Of a stretch of 64,000 nt of DNA, positions 43,492-63,872 are shown in pieces (positions within the stretch are counted from its first letter, which is position 1; each line of letters begins with the position of its first letter). The DNA comes from Eledone cirrhosa. Its lineage: Eukaryota. The stretch covers positions 90,458,001 to 90,522,000 of the forward strand of contig OZ024746.1 in assembly GCA_964016885.1 (NCBI GenBank), given 5' to 3'. The notes beneath the pieces are model-generated. The model worked only from the letters and a program-made list of their open reading frames with translations. It was not told where the DNA came from and did not search any database. The position numbers and the translations under genes are program-made.

Positions 43492-44946
43492 CTGAAAAAT
43501 AGAAAGAAGAGAGAAAAACAATTAATCAGAGAAAGAGAAAAGATATATATATCTGTAACTAGGCTATGGCAAGTATAACACATGTTATGGGTGCCACTTG
43601 GACTATGAGCACTTTCTATTAAAGTCAGATAAGCTATCATCAGAGAGTGAAAAAACCTCCAAAACTCCAGATGTAAGATCTGTCTCGGATTATCATGGGT
43701 GAAAATACTATGGTGGCTGGATCATTAAACCATTTATATAAATTATTAGGCCCATAAGTAAAAATACAGTGCTGGGCAAGGGTGCAATTTCACTGCTTCC
43801 CATAGGAGGTATTTTTCCTAGTTATGCCTCTGGTTGTATACCACTTCAACCCAAGCCCACCTGACATACCTGTGTCTCCCTCTTTCATCATCTATTCTGT
43901 GTCTCTCCTTCCCAGATCCCACACTTATCACTATGGTTAATCCTTCCCAGAGATTACATTTTTTGGAATTCCTAGTCTATATTTTTCCTGCAGTATCTTA
44001 CAGCTGTCCATACTAGTCATAAGCTGCAGTAGTTTGACCAGTGGACAAGTGGAAGTCACGAGTACTTTTCCTACTTGATTAAAACCACAGCAAAAACAAT
44101 TGTGTAGTATTGTGTTTACTTGAATGCATGCACGATCCTGTAACCTTTGTTAGAGCTGTAATGGCACAGTAATGGTACAGCAATGGCGTTTCTAGATAAT
44201 GTTAAAGCCTGGCATCCCTCTCAAGGTCTGAAGAAGCAGATTTCTTCCAGAGTATCAACCTTGAAAGGATAAATGGCAAAGTTGACCTCAGCGGAATTTG
44301 ACCTCAAAGAGCAGAAACCCAGAACAAATACCACAAAGAATTCTATCCAACATTCTACTGATTCTGCCATTTCATCACCTATGTATGTACCTGTATATAA
44401 TTGGTACCCACAAGTGAATAGGTATTTCAAGAGTTCTAAAAGCAGAAGTCACATGCTTTCTAATTTCAATACTTTTGTCTAAATCAGCATAGTCTAACAA
44501 AGAATGAGCTATTTATTGTCTAACAAAGAATGAGCTATTTATTGTCTAACTCAGCATAGTCTAACAAAGGATGAGCTATTTATGGAGAAAGGATGAACTA
44601 TTTATAGCAGTGGTCTCCAACCTCTTTTATACCACGAACTGGCTTCAAGCCAGACAATCTTTCTACAGACTGGTAGTTGCACATATGTGTTATTTAAGTA
44701 CATTTCGATAAAGAGAGCAATAATAAAAGGAGCAATTTATTAAAGGGAAGAAAAAGTGTATAATCTTTTGTCTCTCATGAAGTAAATCTTTTTAAATTAA
44801 AGTCCAATATTCAATTTATCTATTATATAATTTTAAACAAATTAATTATTTGTTTGCAGCACGGTCGTTGCTAGCAATATTGGCTCTGCATACAGGTGTT
44901 GTTGGTAGTCCTGTCGTCGGGTTGTTGGTTGTCTTATGGTCTTTGC

Positions 44947-50330
<5,384 letters not shown>

Positions 50331-50469
50331 GCGGGTGGGAGGGGTGTGGGGTAGCTAGCTGGAAGGTTATGAATGTTTAACAAGCGATTAACAAAAAGCA
50401 AAACTGCAAGATTTGTTCTGTTCAATACGACAAAAACACTGTATTTAAACCTTAATAAATAACAAAAAA

Positions 50470-50716
50470 TACATATATTATATATATACATACATACATA
50501 TACACACACATATATATACATATATATATATACATACATACATATATATATACATACATATCTATATATACACACATATATATATACATATATATCTATA
50601 TATACACACATATATATATACATATATATACATATATATATATATACATATATATACATATATATACATATATATATATATACATATATATATATACATA
50701 TATATATATATACACA

Positions 50717-50752
<36 letters not shown>

Positions 50753-50758
50753 CACATA

Positions 50759-50792
<34 letters not shown>

Positions 50793-50814
50793 CACATATA
50801 TATATATATACACA

Positions 50815-50848
<34 letters not shown>

Positions 50849-50851
50849 CAC

Positions 50852-50884
<33 letters not shown>

Positions 50885-50887
50885 CAC

Positions 50888-50920
<33 letters not shown>

Positions 50921-50991
50921 CACATATATATATATATACACATATATATATATATACACATATATATATATATACACATATATATATATAT

Positions 50992-51052
<61 letters not shown>

Positions 51053-51115
51053 TACATACATATATACATACATATATACATACATATATATATATATACA
51101 TATATATATACATAT

Positions 51116-51162
<47 letters not shown>

Positions 51163-51377
51163 CATACATATATATATATACATACATATCTATATATACA
51201 CACATATATATACATATATATATATATACATACATATATATATATATACATACATATATATATATATACATACATATATATATATATACATACATATATA
51301 TATATATATATATACATACATATATATATACATACATATATATATATATATACATACATATATATATACATATATAC

Positions 51378-51424
<47 letters not shown>

Positions 51425-51633
51425 CATATATACATACATATATATATACATATATACATACATATATATATATATATATACATATATACATACATATATA
51501 TATATATACATATATACATACATATATACATACATATATATATATATATATACATATATACATACATATATATATATATACATATATACATACATATATA
51601 TATATACATATATACATACATATATATATATAC

Positions 51634-51694
<61 letters not shown>

Positions 51695-51776
51695 CATATA
51701 TACATACATATATACATACATATATATACATATATACATACATATATATACATATATACATACATATATACATACA

Positions 51777-51859
<83 letters not shown>

Positions 51860-51867
51860 GTATATAC
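50470..51867. repeat. (TA)n/(TACA)n array
   Basis: Direct inspection. Confidence 0.95.
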
Positions 51868-51985
51868 AATAAATGTAATCTGAGTTTTTCGAATATTAAT
51901 AACATTCGATTTGTTTGCAATTATGCAAACAAGCCTCATTTTTAAAGCCATGTCAGTAGAACGAGTCCCTCATTCTAGCTCGTGT

Positions 51986-52067
51986 GTTGGCATGTAAACA
52001 GAACTGCAGACACTAATGTTTCTGGGTATCACCCTTCATCAGTACAGCTCACTGTTCACATGCCAAC
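51986..52067 (-). ncRNA. Type I hammerhead ribozyme, near canonical
   Basis: Stem I 16 bp + UG bulge + 7 bp; CUGAUGA; stem II GGGU-GAU-ACCC with an A.A closing mismatch; GAAA; stem III ACA-UUAG-UGU; GUC cleavage site after 52009. Confidence 0.8.
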
Positions 52068-52479
52068 TGTCAGAGATAGTGAAGATATATGCTAAATTCT
52101 AAAATATACAGTGACTGAGCGACCTGATTTGCATATTAGCAGGCAGGCTGATCAGTCAGATCTGCATATTAGCAGATTCACTGATCAGCCAGATTTGCCT
52201 ATCAGCAGACTGGCCAGTCAGTTTCCTATATATATTGCTCGTAAGATATACATATATAACTATATATATAACAGTGGAGTAAGATATACATACGCTTTGA
52301 ATAGAAATTGTTACAGCCTGCCTCTAGGCACTTTACAGATGTCTGAAAAACAAAAAAAATATACATATGTAAATATATATCGGTGTGTTAGTAAGGGTAT
52401 GTTAATCCTATACTTTCAACCCTAATTTATATGAATACGTACTGGAAACTTAACAATTATAATTCATACTGCAAAATGG

Positions 52480-52860
52480 TTGTGTTGGTGATATAATAAC
52501 AAGTGTCCAGCCCACACTGTAAAGTGGTCATGTAGGTAACATGACAAAAAATACTCAGTCCACACTGAAAAGTGGTTGTGTTGGTGACACAACAAAAAGT
52601 GCCCAGTCCACACTGTAAAGTGGTTATATTGGTGACATGACAAAAAGTGCCCAGTCCACACTGTAAAGTGGTTTTATTGGTGACATGACAAAAAGTGCCC
52701 AGTCCACACTGTAAAGTGGTTGTGTTGGTGACACGACAAAAAGTGCCCAGTCCACACTGTAAAGTGGTTATGTTGGTGACATGACAAAAAAGGGCCAGTC
52801 CACACTGTAAAGTGGTCATGTTGGTGACATAACAAAAAGTACCCAGTCCACACTGTAGAA
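52480..52860 (+). repeat. 48-bp tandem array derived from the RTE 3' UTR subrepeat (also 4363-4685 on -; 61-bp array at 58610-58845)
   Basis: Unit aaaagtgcccagtccacactgtaaagtggtt..ttggtgacatgaca matches the cccagtccacactgtaaa motif of the RTE UTR. Confidence 0.8.
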
Positions 52861-53839
52861 CTCCTGGATGCAGATTCTTGACCACATGCAAAAATTTTAA
52901 TGAAAGAGAAATTTAATATAACAAATGTTTTGATGATCCAAAACAGAGAAAGCAGGCTTTGCTAACATCAGTTTTTGTACATGTAATAAAGATCCTTAAT
53001 ATATATATATATTCCAAGTGTGCTTTTCAAACCCCGTTTTTTTTTATCATTTTCCTTATACACACACTGACACATATACAAACATACACACATGTATGTA
53101 CATACATACGCATGTACACATATACACATACATACATACATATATATGTACATACATACATATATATGTACACATTCATTCATACACGCATACATACCAC
53201 ATACACACACACACAAACATACATATTTCCTCCCGACGCACCAAAAATGAATAAATGAATTATCAAACAAAAAAATACAAAATATATTTTGCCTTATTGC
53301 ATTTGATTAAAAAAATTAGTAAATTAAAGTTTAAAATTTCCAGAGAAAACATTAGGGATGGTTTTATTTTAAAAAAATGGAAAAATATTGATAAAGCAAA
53401 ACAATGTTTTCATATCAACTTACATGTTTAGCTAAAAGCCTGAAGTGAAAATTTTGTAATATACTGCTCTTTTTTTTTTTTTTTTTTGAGTTAGTAAAAA
53501 AAAAAAAAAACCCCCTCAATATTTCAAAATATCACAACCTTTTTCATTGAAAAAAATATATACCATTTGAAGAATAAGAAATAAGATTAAAATAACAATT
53601 TTAATGCTTTCATACTCTTAGCATATTGTATGTGTATTCCTGGGAAGAGGGTATTTTATTGAAACAGGTCACATTCATGACAGAAATATGTATTTTATTG
53701 ATCATCTTCCCCAGTCATAGTTTTTATCTCCAAACCACTAAGTGATCTAAGAATGGTTACATCAAAATAAGTTACAGCAGTTTTCTGGTGAGAATATTTC
53801 CTCTTTTATTACTTCTATTGTTGTCCTCCTCAACATTAT

Positions 53840-54120
53840 TGCTATTGCCTCCATCACCACCACCATCATCACCATCCCTACTATCACCACCACAACAACC
53901 ACCATGACCATCACCACTATCACCCACCACCACCAACATAATCACCCCCCCCCCCCCCCTCAACATCTCCACCATCCCTACCATCATCACCACCACGACA
54001 ACCACCATGACCATGACCATCATCACCACTGTCACTATCACCACCTCCACCATCAACCCCCCCCCCACCATCATGATGTTCTTATCTCCTGATTATCAAT
54101 CATCACCACCATCATCATCA
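53840..54120. repeat. Degenerate (CAC/CAT)n low-complexity tract
   Basis: Direct inspection; no splice-supported frame. Confidence 0.8.
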
Positions 54121-56339
54121 TATCCAAGTGACTTCAATGAAGAGAAGGATGAGAAATCCTGGCTGTATCAATCAACATTAGAAACAGTGACAGTCAGAAC
54201 AGCTCACAGATTATAACATAATAACCTTAGACATGAAAAGGTCATAGAAAGTTGAAGATTTAAGATTCACTCTCATCCCCCATCTCACTCATTTAACCCT
54301 TTAATCACTACATTTCTAATAAGATACACTCTATTTCAATTGATTAACTTTGAGGGATTAACTAGAATTATTAATTATTTAGTTTGAAACAATGTAAGGT
54401 TTTTATATAAAATTATGTTGGAAGATTTTAATTTAAATTGGAAACCTTTAAAATGGGTGGTTTTATTTCAGAGAACCAGAGATAGATTTACTAAAATTAT
54501 TAATTATTTCATTACTAAGATAGTAACTTAACCCTTTAATGTTCAAACCGGCCAGAATTCTCTACTTTTTTTCTGTTGAAACTGGCTGTAACTGGTCGCT
54601 CAAACTGATGTTAAGGTATTGTTCTCAAAATAAATACTTTCAAAATCTCATAGATTCGATATTATGTGAGATAATTATGCAAGGTAAAGCCTTTACCATG
54701 AAAATATAATAGTATATATAGAGTAATGTGAATGCTAAAGGGTTAATGTAAAGTTATTATATAAAATTTTGTTGGAAGATTTTAATTTAAATTTGAAAAC
54801 TTTAAAATGGATGGTTTTATTTCATAGAACCAGAGCTGGTTTTGGCCAGGTTGGTAAATAAAGGGTTAATGTCCACTTCTATCATGTTGTCATGAATGAT
54901 GACATATTTGTTTAATTTATCACAGCTTAGTATCTGAAGCTGTTCTCTCATCTTATCTGTCATGCCTTATATCCTAGACACTGACTTTCAACTGTTTATC
55001 TCTTCTTATTGTGTAATATGAAATCTATGAGATTTTGATATTATTTATTTTGAGAACAATACTTTAACATCAGTATCAGTGGCTGATTGCGGCTGGTTTG
55101 AACAGAAAGAGGTGAGATAATTTCGGCAGGATAAAGCTGGTTTAAATAAACCAGCTTTAAAAAAAGGTATTAATATACACTTTATAACCATCTAGTCATG
55201 GTATTTTCAGATGAGAGATGAATGATGGCGTTTTACTGTATTTTTCTGTGCTATCACACTTCATTATTTGGATTGGCAGTATCGGTATAGGGTCGGACGC
55301 CTTGCTTTCCAGCATAGTTATGTCCCTTTATGATCTGAGTTCAAATCCAGCCGTGGTTGACTTTGCCTTTCATCCTTACGGGGTTGATAAAATAAAGTAC
55401 CAGTAATGCACTGGGTAATTGCTGGCCTTGTGCCTAAAGTAGAAACAATTATTTATATTATATTAAGGGCAGTGGATTATCAGTATCGGTAGAGCGTCAG
55501 GCACCATGCTTTGCAGCATAGAGTTATGGTCCTTTACAGAGCTCAAATCCCGCTGAGGTTAACTTTGCCTTTCATCCTTACGGGGGGTCGATAAAATAAA
55601 GTACCAGTAATGCACTGGGGTAATTGCTGGCCATGTGCCAACAGTAGAAACAATTATCTATATTATTTCCTTTGTTATTTCTAAGATAAAATTACATAAA
55701 TATAAAAAAAGGAAGTAGCATTTCAAGGGGAGAGGGTGGGGAGAGGATGACGGAGTCTAAGTCAGAGTGGTGTTTCAGCTGTGCCCTGTAGAAAAAATGG
55801 CAAAGACATTGTCTGCCCTGTGGAAAAAGTGGCAAAGACATTGTCCTGGACAATAGCCAGTGTCACAAGTCAGTTATCTCTCTGACCCACATAAGGTTTG
55901 GCAGTAGGAGAAGCTCTGAAAACAGTTTTAAGTGTAAGAATTGCTGTTCAATGCAATGTATGGCTTCTAGTTAAACTGACAGTAGACAGCTGGCATCACT
56001 AGTGTCTCATAATACATGTGTATTTTATGCTGAATCACACACCTGATTACCTTATGTCATACTGAGCTATTGTAAAATCATTGAATTACAGAATATATTG
56101 TAGAATTATTAAATTACAGAAAAAGAAACCTTAAAGTCACAAGGGTGTGTAAACAATGAAATGTTGTTGATTTGGTTGTAACAGTTTGTAATATGGATGA
56201 TATTTAGACATTATACTTCCACAAAAGCAAAAAAATGACCTCATCCTGTCACAGCTCAATGATAGTATAATACTGATTATTCCCTTAACCATATATAGTT
56301 AAATATAACCATGATCTCATGTACTATTGAGTAATACTG

Positions 56340-56765
56340 TCCAGTTAGACAGCCAGCTAACATAGTACAGTACCACACTATGATTGAATAGAAATTAGAG
56401 AGCCAGTTACCAGCTAACATAGTAAAGTACCACACTATGACTGAATACAAGTTAGAGAGCCAGTTAGCTAACATAGTACAGTACCACACTATGACTGAAT
56501 ACAAGTAGTACCAGTTAGAGAGGGCCAGCTAGCTAACATAGTACAGTACCACACTATGACTGAATACAAGTAGTACCAGTTAGAGAGGGCCAGCTAGCTA
56601 ACATAGTACAGCACCACACTATGACTGAATACAAGTAGTACCAGTTAGAGAGGGCCAGCTAGCTAACATAGTACAGTACCACACTATGACTGAATACAAG
56701 TAGTACCAGTTAGAGAGGGCCAGCTAGCTAACATAGTACAGTACCACACTATGACTGAATACAAG
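56340..56765. repeat. ~60-65-bp tandem repeat (~7 units)
   Basis: ccagttagag at 56511, 56576, 56641, 56706. Confidence 0.9.
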
Positions 56766-57082
56766 ATAAAACCTTTTTGAAAGGTAGAATATTCCATTAA
56801 TAATAGTTCCTCTGGCAACAGAAAGTAAACAAAACTATTCCTCATTAAAACTGGAAACTAATTCTAATAATTATTGGAATAATTAATCTTTAACCTTCTT
56901 TCTGATCAACTTTGGATGATGCCAATATCTAAATAGATATTGGAATATTACAATATTGAGATAGAGAGTATCTCCAACAATTAGGAACATTACTGCAAGT
57001 TCATAGTTGATGTTATTAAGAAATAATAGCAAGGTCAGGGTTTAGTAGGAAAATGCAAGGTTTATTACTGAACATGTTAGTG

Positions 57083-57550
57083 AACATACTTCTATAGTAC
57101 ATACATTGAATATACATCTATAGTACATACATTGAATATACATCTATAGTACATACATTGAATATACTTCTATAGTAATACATTGAATATACTTCTATAA
57201 TACATACATAGAACATACTTCTATAATAATACATAGAACATACTTCTATAATACATACATAGAACATACTTCTATAATACATACATAGAACATACTTCTA
57301 TAATACATACATAGAACATACTTCTATAATACATAGAACATACTTCTATAATACATACATAGAACATACTTCTATAATAATACATAGAACATACTTCTAT
57401 AATACATAGAACATACTTCTATAATACATAGAACATACTTCTATAATACATACATACATCTATAATACATACATAGAACATACTTCTATAATACATACAT
57501 AGAACATACATCTATAACACATACATAGAACATACTTCTATAATAATACA
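57083..57550. repeat. ~22-26-bp minisatellite gaacatacttctataatacatacata
   Basis: Direct inspection. Confidence 0.9.
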
Positions 57551-58985
57551 CTACTGGATGTTACAAATAATTTTTCCTGTCTTCCATGTTGACTTTAGTT
57601 GATTGGCTTGGCCTTGCGTATTTATATTCAACTTTATCCTGTATCATCTTTATAGTGGGACTTATGTTTATTAATATTAACTTAAGGCCATGAATAGGCA
57701 GAATCAGTAGAGTGTTGGACAACATGCTTTGTGGCATAGGATTACGACCCTTTAGGTTCTGAGTTCAAATTCCACCAAAGTTAGCTTTGCCTTTCATCCT
57801 TACGGGGTCGATAAAATAAAGTACCAGTAATGTACTGGGGTTGATTTAATCAACTTTCCCCTCCCCCCAAATTGTTGGCCTTGTGCCAAAATCAGAAACC
57901 AATATTAACTGTATCTTAGAATTACTAATGAAGTCATTAAAAAATCCAGTGGAGCCTCAGTTCACGACCAATTTATCTGAACATAAAACGTCTCCGTTCA
58001 CGACTGGTGTCCGAGTAATAAACACACAGGCTGACAACAACTGTTGGCAACAAGCTGGGAGAGTGTCACTTGTTATGTAGTTAGTTACTATGGTGATATC
58101 TATCTATCTTTCACACACACACTCTCTCTCTCTCACTATTTCACTCTCAACATTTCAAATGGAAAAATAGTTTCGGTTTACGAATATTTCGGGTGACAAA
58201 TGGCCTTGAGGAATGAATTACGTTCATGAACCAAGGTTCCACAGTATTTGACAATTCTTTTAATAGTTTCAACCAAAGAGAACCGAATTTGAATAACTCA
58301 ATGCTATATCTTAACGTGTGTATATACTACCAAAACAAATACTTTTCAAAACCTAAAATCTGTTATTCATTTTAATATTTAAAAATATGACCAGAAAATT
58401 CTAATGAAATGTAAATTGCAAATCTAATCTGTCACTTCCATATTCCTTTCTTTCTCATATTAATCTTACTAGATCCTAGCTTGCAGCAGCTTTTAAACAC
58501 ACAATCATAGAATATCATCATTACCACTCAATCTCTATTCTCTTTGCTTGGATGGGTTAAACAGGTTGTCATGTGACCATACCATACTCATAGATTCCAT
58601 TTTGGGCTTGATTTCTATGGCTGGATGCCCTTTCTAATGCCAACCACTTTACAGCATGTACTGGGAGCTTGGTTTCTATAGTTGGATGCCCTTCCTAACA
58701 CCAACCACTTTACAGCATGTACTGGGAGCTTTGTTTCTATAGTTGGATGCCCTTCCTAACACCAACCACTTTACAGCATGTACTGGGAGCTTTGTTTCTA
58801 TAGTTGGATGCCCTTCCTAACACCAACCACTTTACAGCCTGTACTAGAATATTTTATCAGGATTCTGGCAATATCACTTTACAGTGCTGACTGGTGGCTT
58901 TTATTAATATAAAGAGAATATTTGATGTGAAGCATTTAATAGCAAAGGATCACAAACTTTATCATATCTTATCTAAAAGCCAAGC

Positions 58986-59181
58986 AAGGGTTGGCTGAAA
59001 AGTTCATAGGCTGACTATGAAGGAGTAATGCTAGTGCTGTGAAATCTTGCATGCATTAATTTCAACTCTTCTTATTAATAACTGCATTGTTTCTTTCTAG
59101 GGACTATGTTTAAAAATAAACCTCATTTGGTCATTCCATAAGAGTATCTTGGCCAGCCTATGAACTTTTCAGCCAACCTTT
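58986..59181. mobile_element. Tc1/mariner-like MITE (also ~5560-5753, 5800-5975, 9087-9312, 27355-27420, 42280-42655)
   Basis: TIR AAGGGTTGGCTGAAAAGTTCATAGGCTG / CAGCCTATGAACTTTTCAGCCAACCTTT; the copy at 5800 begins TACGAGGG, as mariner TIRs do. Confidence 0.75.
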
Positions 59182-59394
59182 ATATTAACCTCTTTGAATA
59201 ATCTTTTTACTCAAACAATGACTTCCCATTGTAAATTCCATTCTGTACAAATTGTTTCTTCAATCACTGATCTGCCACAATACAGAATATAATTTATACT
59301 CGTTGAGCAAACCTACACGTACGCTGTTCATCTCTAACGTGACGATATATTATCACTACATTATTGATAACTTGAAATTTTATATATATATATA

Positions 59395-59734
59395 TAGGCA
59401 CATGGCTTAGTGGTTAGAGCATTGGCCTTGCAATCGAGAGGTTGCGAGTTCAATTCTCAGACCAGGTGATGTGTTGCTTCCTTGAACAAGACACTTTATT
59501 TCACATTGCTCCAGTTTACTCAGCTGTAGAAATGAGATGATAGGGACTGGGGTCCATATCATTCCAATGCAAAGTGGTCGTGGAGGTGCCACGGCAAAAA
59601 AGCACCCAGCACTCACTGTAAATGAGGTTGGTGTTAGGAAGGGCATCCAGCTGTAGAAATCAAGCCAGAATCAGTTCCCGTCCCACCCTTGCAAGCAGGG
59701 AAAAAGTGGACGTAAAATGAAATGATGATGATGA
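59395..59734 (+). mobile_element. CORE-type tRNA SINE with RTE-derived 3' tail. Related heads: ~32970-33210 (+), 27890-28140 (-), 34685-34970 (-)
   Basis: A box TGGCTTAGTGG, B box GAGTTCAATTC, CORE-like ccttgaacaagacactttatttcacattgctccag, then RTE UTR and (GAT)n. Confidence 0.75.
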
Positions 59735-59782
59735 TATATATATATATGTGCATATATATATATACATACATATATATATGTA

Positions 59783-59813
<31 letters not shown>

Positions 59814-59816
59814 GTA

Positions 59817-59849
<33 letters not shown>

Positions 59850-59858
59850 GTATGTATA

Positions 59859-59889
<31 letters not shown>

Positions 59890-59945
59890 GTATGTATATA
59901 TATATATATATATATATACATATATATATGTATATATATATATAC

Positions 59946-60032
<87 letters not shown>

Positions 60033-60033
60033 C

Positions 60034-60103
<70 letters not shown>

Positions 60104-60132
60104 GTATATACATATATGTATATATACATATA

Positions 60133-60180
<48 letters not shown>

Positions 60181-60211
60181 CATATGTATATACATATATA
60201 TATATACATAT

Positions 60212-60252
<41 letters not shown>

Positions 60253-60279
60253 CATATATATATGTATATATATATATAC

Positions 60280-60319
<40 letters not shown>

Positions 60320-60401
60320 GTATATATATATATATATATATATACATATATATATGTATATACATATATATATACATATATATATGTATATACATATATA
60401 T

Positions 60402-60456
<55 letters not shown>

Positions 60457-60536
60457 CATATACATATATATATATATATGTATATACATATATATATACA
60501 TATATATATATATATACATACATATATGTATATACA

Positions 60537-60572
<36 letters not shown>

Positions 60573-60588
60573 CATACATATATATATG

Positions 60589-60635
<47 letters not shown>

Positions 60636-60809
60636 GTATACATATATATACATATATATATGTATACATATATATACATACATATATATATGTATACATA
60701 TATATATATATATACATATATACATATATATACATACATATATATATGTATACATATATATATATATATACATATATACATATATATACATACATATATA
60801 TATGTATAC

Positions 60810-60848
<39 letters not shown>

Positions 60849-60905
60849 CATACATATATATGTATACATATATACATATATATACATACATATATATATG
60901 TATAC

Positions 60906-60944
<39 letters not shown>

Positions 60945-61373
60945 CATACATATATATGTATACATACATATATATATGTATGTATACATACATATATATG
61001 TATACATACATACATACATATACATACATACATATATATATACATACATACATACATATACATACATATATATACATACATACATACATATATATACATA
61101 TATATATATATATATACATACATATATATATATACATATATATATATACATATATATATATACATATATATATATACATACATATATATACATATATATA
61201 CATATATATATATATATACATACATATATATACATATATATATATACATACATATATATACATATATATATATACATACATATATATATACATACATATA
61301 TATATATATATACATACATATATATATATACATACATATATATATACATACATATATATATATATATACATAC

Positions 61374-61406
<33 letters not shown>

Positions 61407-61527
61407 CATACATATATATATATATATACATACATATACATATACATACATATATATACATACATATATTCACATACATATACATACATATATTCACATA
61501 CATATACATACATATATTCACATACAT

Positions 61528-61590
<63 letters not shown>

Positions 61591-61816
61591 CATATATATA
61601 TACATATATATATACATATATATATACATATATATATACATATATATATACATATATATATACATATATATATATACATATATATATATATACATACATA
61701 TATATATATACATATATATATATACATATATATATATACATATATATATATATACATACATATATATATATATACACACATCATCATCGTTTAACGTCCA
61801 TGTTCCACGCTTGCAC

Positions 61817-61847
<31 letters not shown>

Positions 61848-61879
61848 CATATACATACATATATATATATATATATACA

Positions 61880-61915
<36 letters not shown>

Positions 61916-62006
61916 CATATATATACATTCATATATATATATATATATATATACATCCATATATATACATACATATATATATATATACATATATACATAT
62001 ATATAT
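59735..62006. repeat. (TA)n/(TACA)n/(TATG)n array
   Basis: Direct inspection. Confidence 0.95.
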
Positions 62007-63872
62007 GTTTTTTTTTTCAATCAGAGCATCATTAATGAAAGTAAGAGACGAAAAAAGAGGAGGGAAACGATAATATTACATGCATGTGTGATTGTTCAAA
62101 TGATGAAATGATTCTTTCTGATGTAAAACCAACAATACTGAGAAAACAACTACAAAGGGAAAAGATATTTGGGAAATCTATGAGAATTTCACATTTATTT
62201 GAAGGAAAAAAAAAAATGATCTTCAAAGAGTTTGAAAAGTGAAGAGATAGTTACATATCGTATAAACCAGATGATGGTTACACAGCGAGGAAGCAAGTGT
62301 GAGAATGAGGTATTAGTTATGTGACATCTCACTGCTATAGTCAACTGTCTGAAAAGGGAAGTGGTGGATGACTACAACCCACTCAACTGAAGATAGCAAG
62401 GAAACATGGACAGCATACAATATAGGCTTGATGTAAAAGGTCATGTTTCAGAGATGACATTCCCAGGAGAAGTACTTTGTTGAAGAAAGTATTTCGCCCA
62501 ATTGTGTATTGTAAAGATTATGTTTTTTTTTTAAAATAGCATGTCAACTTCCAGATGCATTCAAATTGCACTGAAGTGCTGTCCGAGTGTCCTCTCCAAT
62601 TAGACACGAAGACTCAGACTGACGAAATGAGAAATGGAAGCATTAACCCTTTTGATACCAACCCACCCCAAAACTGGCTCTAGTTCGATGAAACAAAACC
62701 ACTCCTTTTAAAAATTTACTATTTAATTCTTCCAACATAATATTTTATAAGAATTATATATCCCTTTAGTATTTAAACTGGCCGTATCCAGTCAGAATTC
62801 TTTCACCTCTTTCTGTTCAAACTGGCCACTCATACTTATGTCAAGGTATTGTTCTCAAAACAACTAATATCAAAATCTCATAGATTCGATATTATGTGAG
62901 ATAATTATGCAAGGTAAAGCCTTTACCATGAAAATATAATAGTAAATATAGAGTAATGTAAATGTTAAAGGGTTAAAGAGTTCCTATTTAATTCTTTTAA
63001 CATAATATTTTATAAGAACTATATATGAAGTTACTGTCTTAGCCATGAATTAATTAATTTTCATGAAATTGTAGGAATCCCAAACAGTCTGTTATTGAGA
63101 TTCTTACAATTTTATGAACAGTTTTCTACACTCATCCGATTCCTTTCAATCATGAAGTAATTCATATTTTTTGTAAATCCCACAAAATTTTTTGTTATTA
63201 ATCTGAGGCCTTTAACTTAAATATGGATTCAATACTGACAATACAAAACCAAACTGAGTACCATTAAGATGCTAGAGTTAATAGAAGAAGCTACATCCCT
63301 TCCTTTCCTGACAAAAGGAATTTATAACAGAAATAAATATAAATTTCTCTGCTTAACAATTTGGCACATACCACACTACCACGATTACTACCAAAAGTAT
63401 TATAAGCTTAATTATCATCATCATCACCATCACCATTTAATGCTTATTTTCCATACTTGCATGTGTTAAATAGGTTGTCATGTTATGAGACTAGGCAGAT
63501 CAGGTGACCACATGTTGCTCAATATAGATCTGTTTTTGTTTAGTTTTCTATAGCTGGAGGCCTTTCCTAATGCCAACCCCATTACAGCATGTACTGGCTG
63601 CTTTTTTTGTAGCACCAGTATGACTGCCTTACAGAAATAACAGGGTGCTTGTTTTCGTGGCACCACCACTATATATGGTTGAGGGAGCTTTTGTTGTGAC
63701 ACCAGTACGCTAACCTTACAGAGTGGACTGGGTGTTTATTGTTGAGGTACCAGCATTACCACTTTACAGAGTGGACTGGGTGGTTTTGCTGTAAAAATGG
63801 AAGACAAAGACAACCCTTAGGAATACAAGCCTCAAGTTAGATAATGAAATAGATCGAGCTAGATAACCTACC

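Noticed and set aside
53772-54216. His/Pro- or Val/Gly-rich ORFs as upstream PARP exons
   Set aside because: Degenerate trinucleotide repeat with no convincing splice sites or domain motifs.
59634-62111. Long Y/I/H/M/C-rich ORFs (also at 15.7-19.9, 44.8-46.5 and 50.3-51.9 kb)
   Set aside because: They are translations of (TA)n/(TACA)n microsatellites, which lack stops in all frames.
62240-62640. Higher-complexity unique segment as a possible upstream exon
   Set aside because: All three minus-strand frames after the candidate acceptor hit stops quickly; no recognisable motif.
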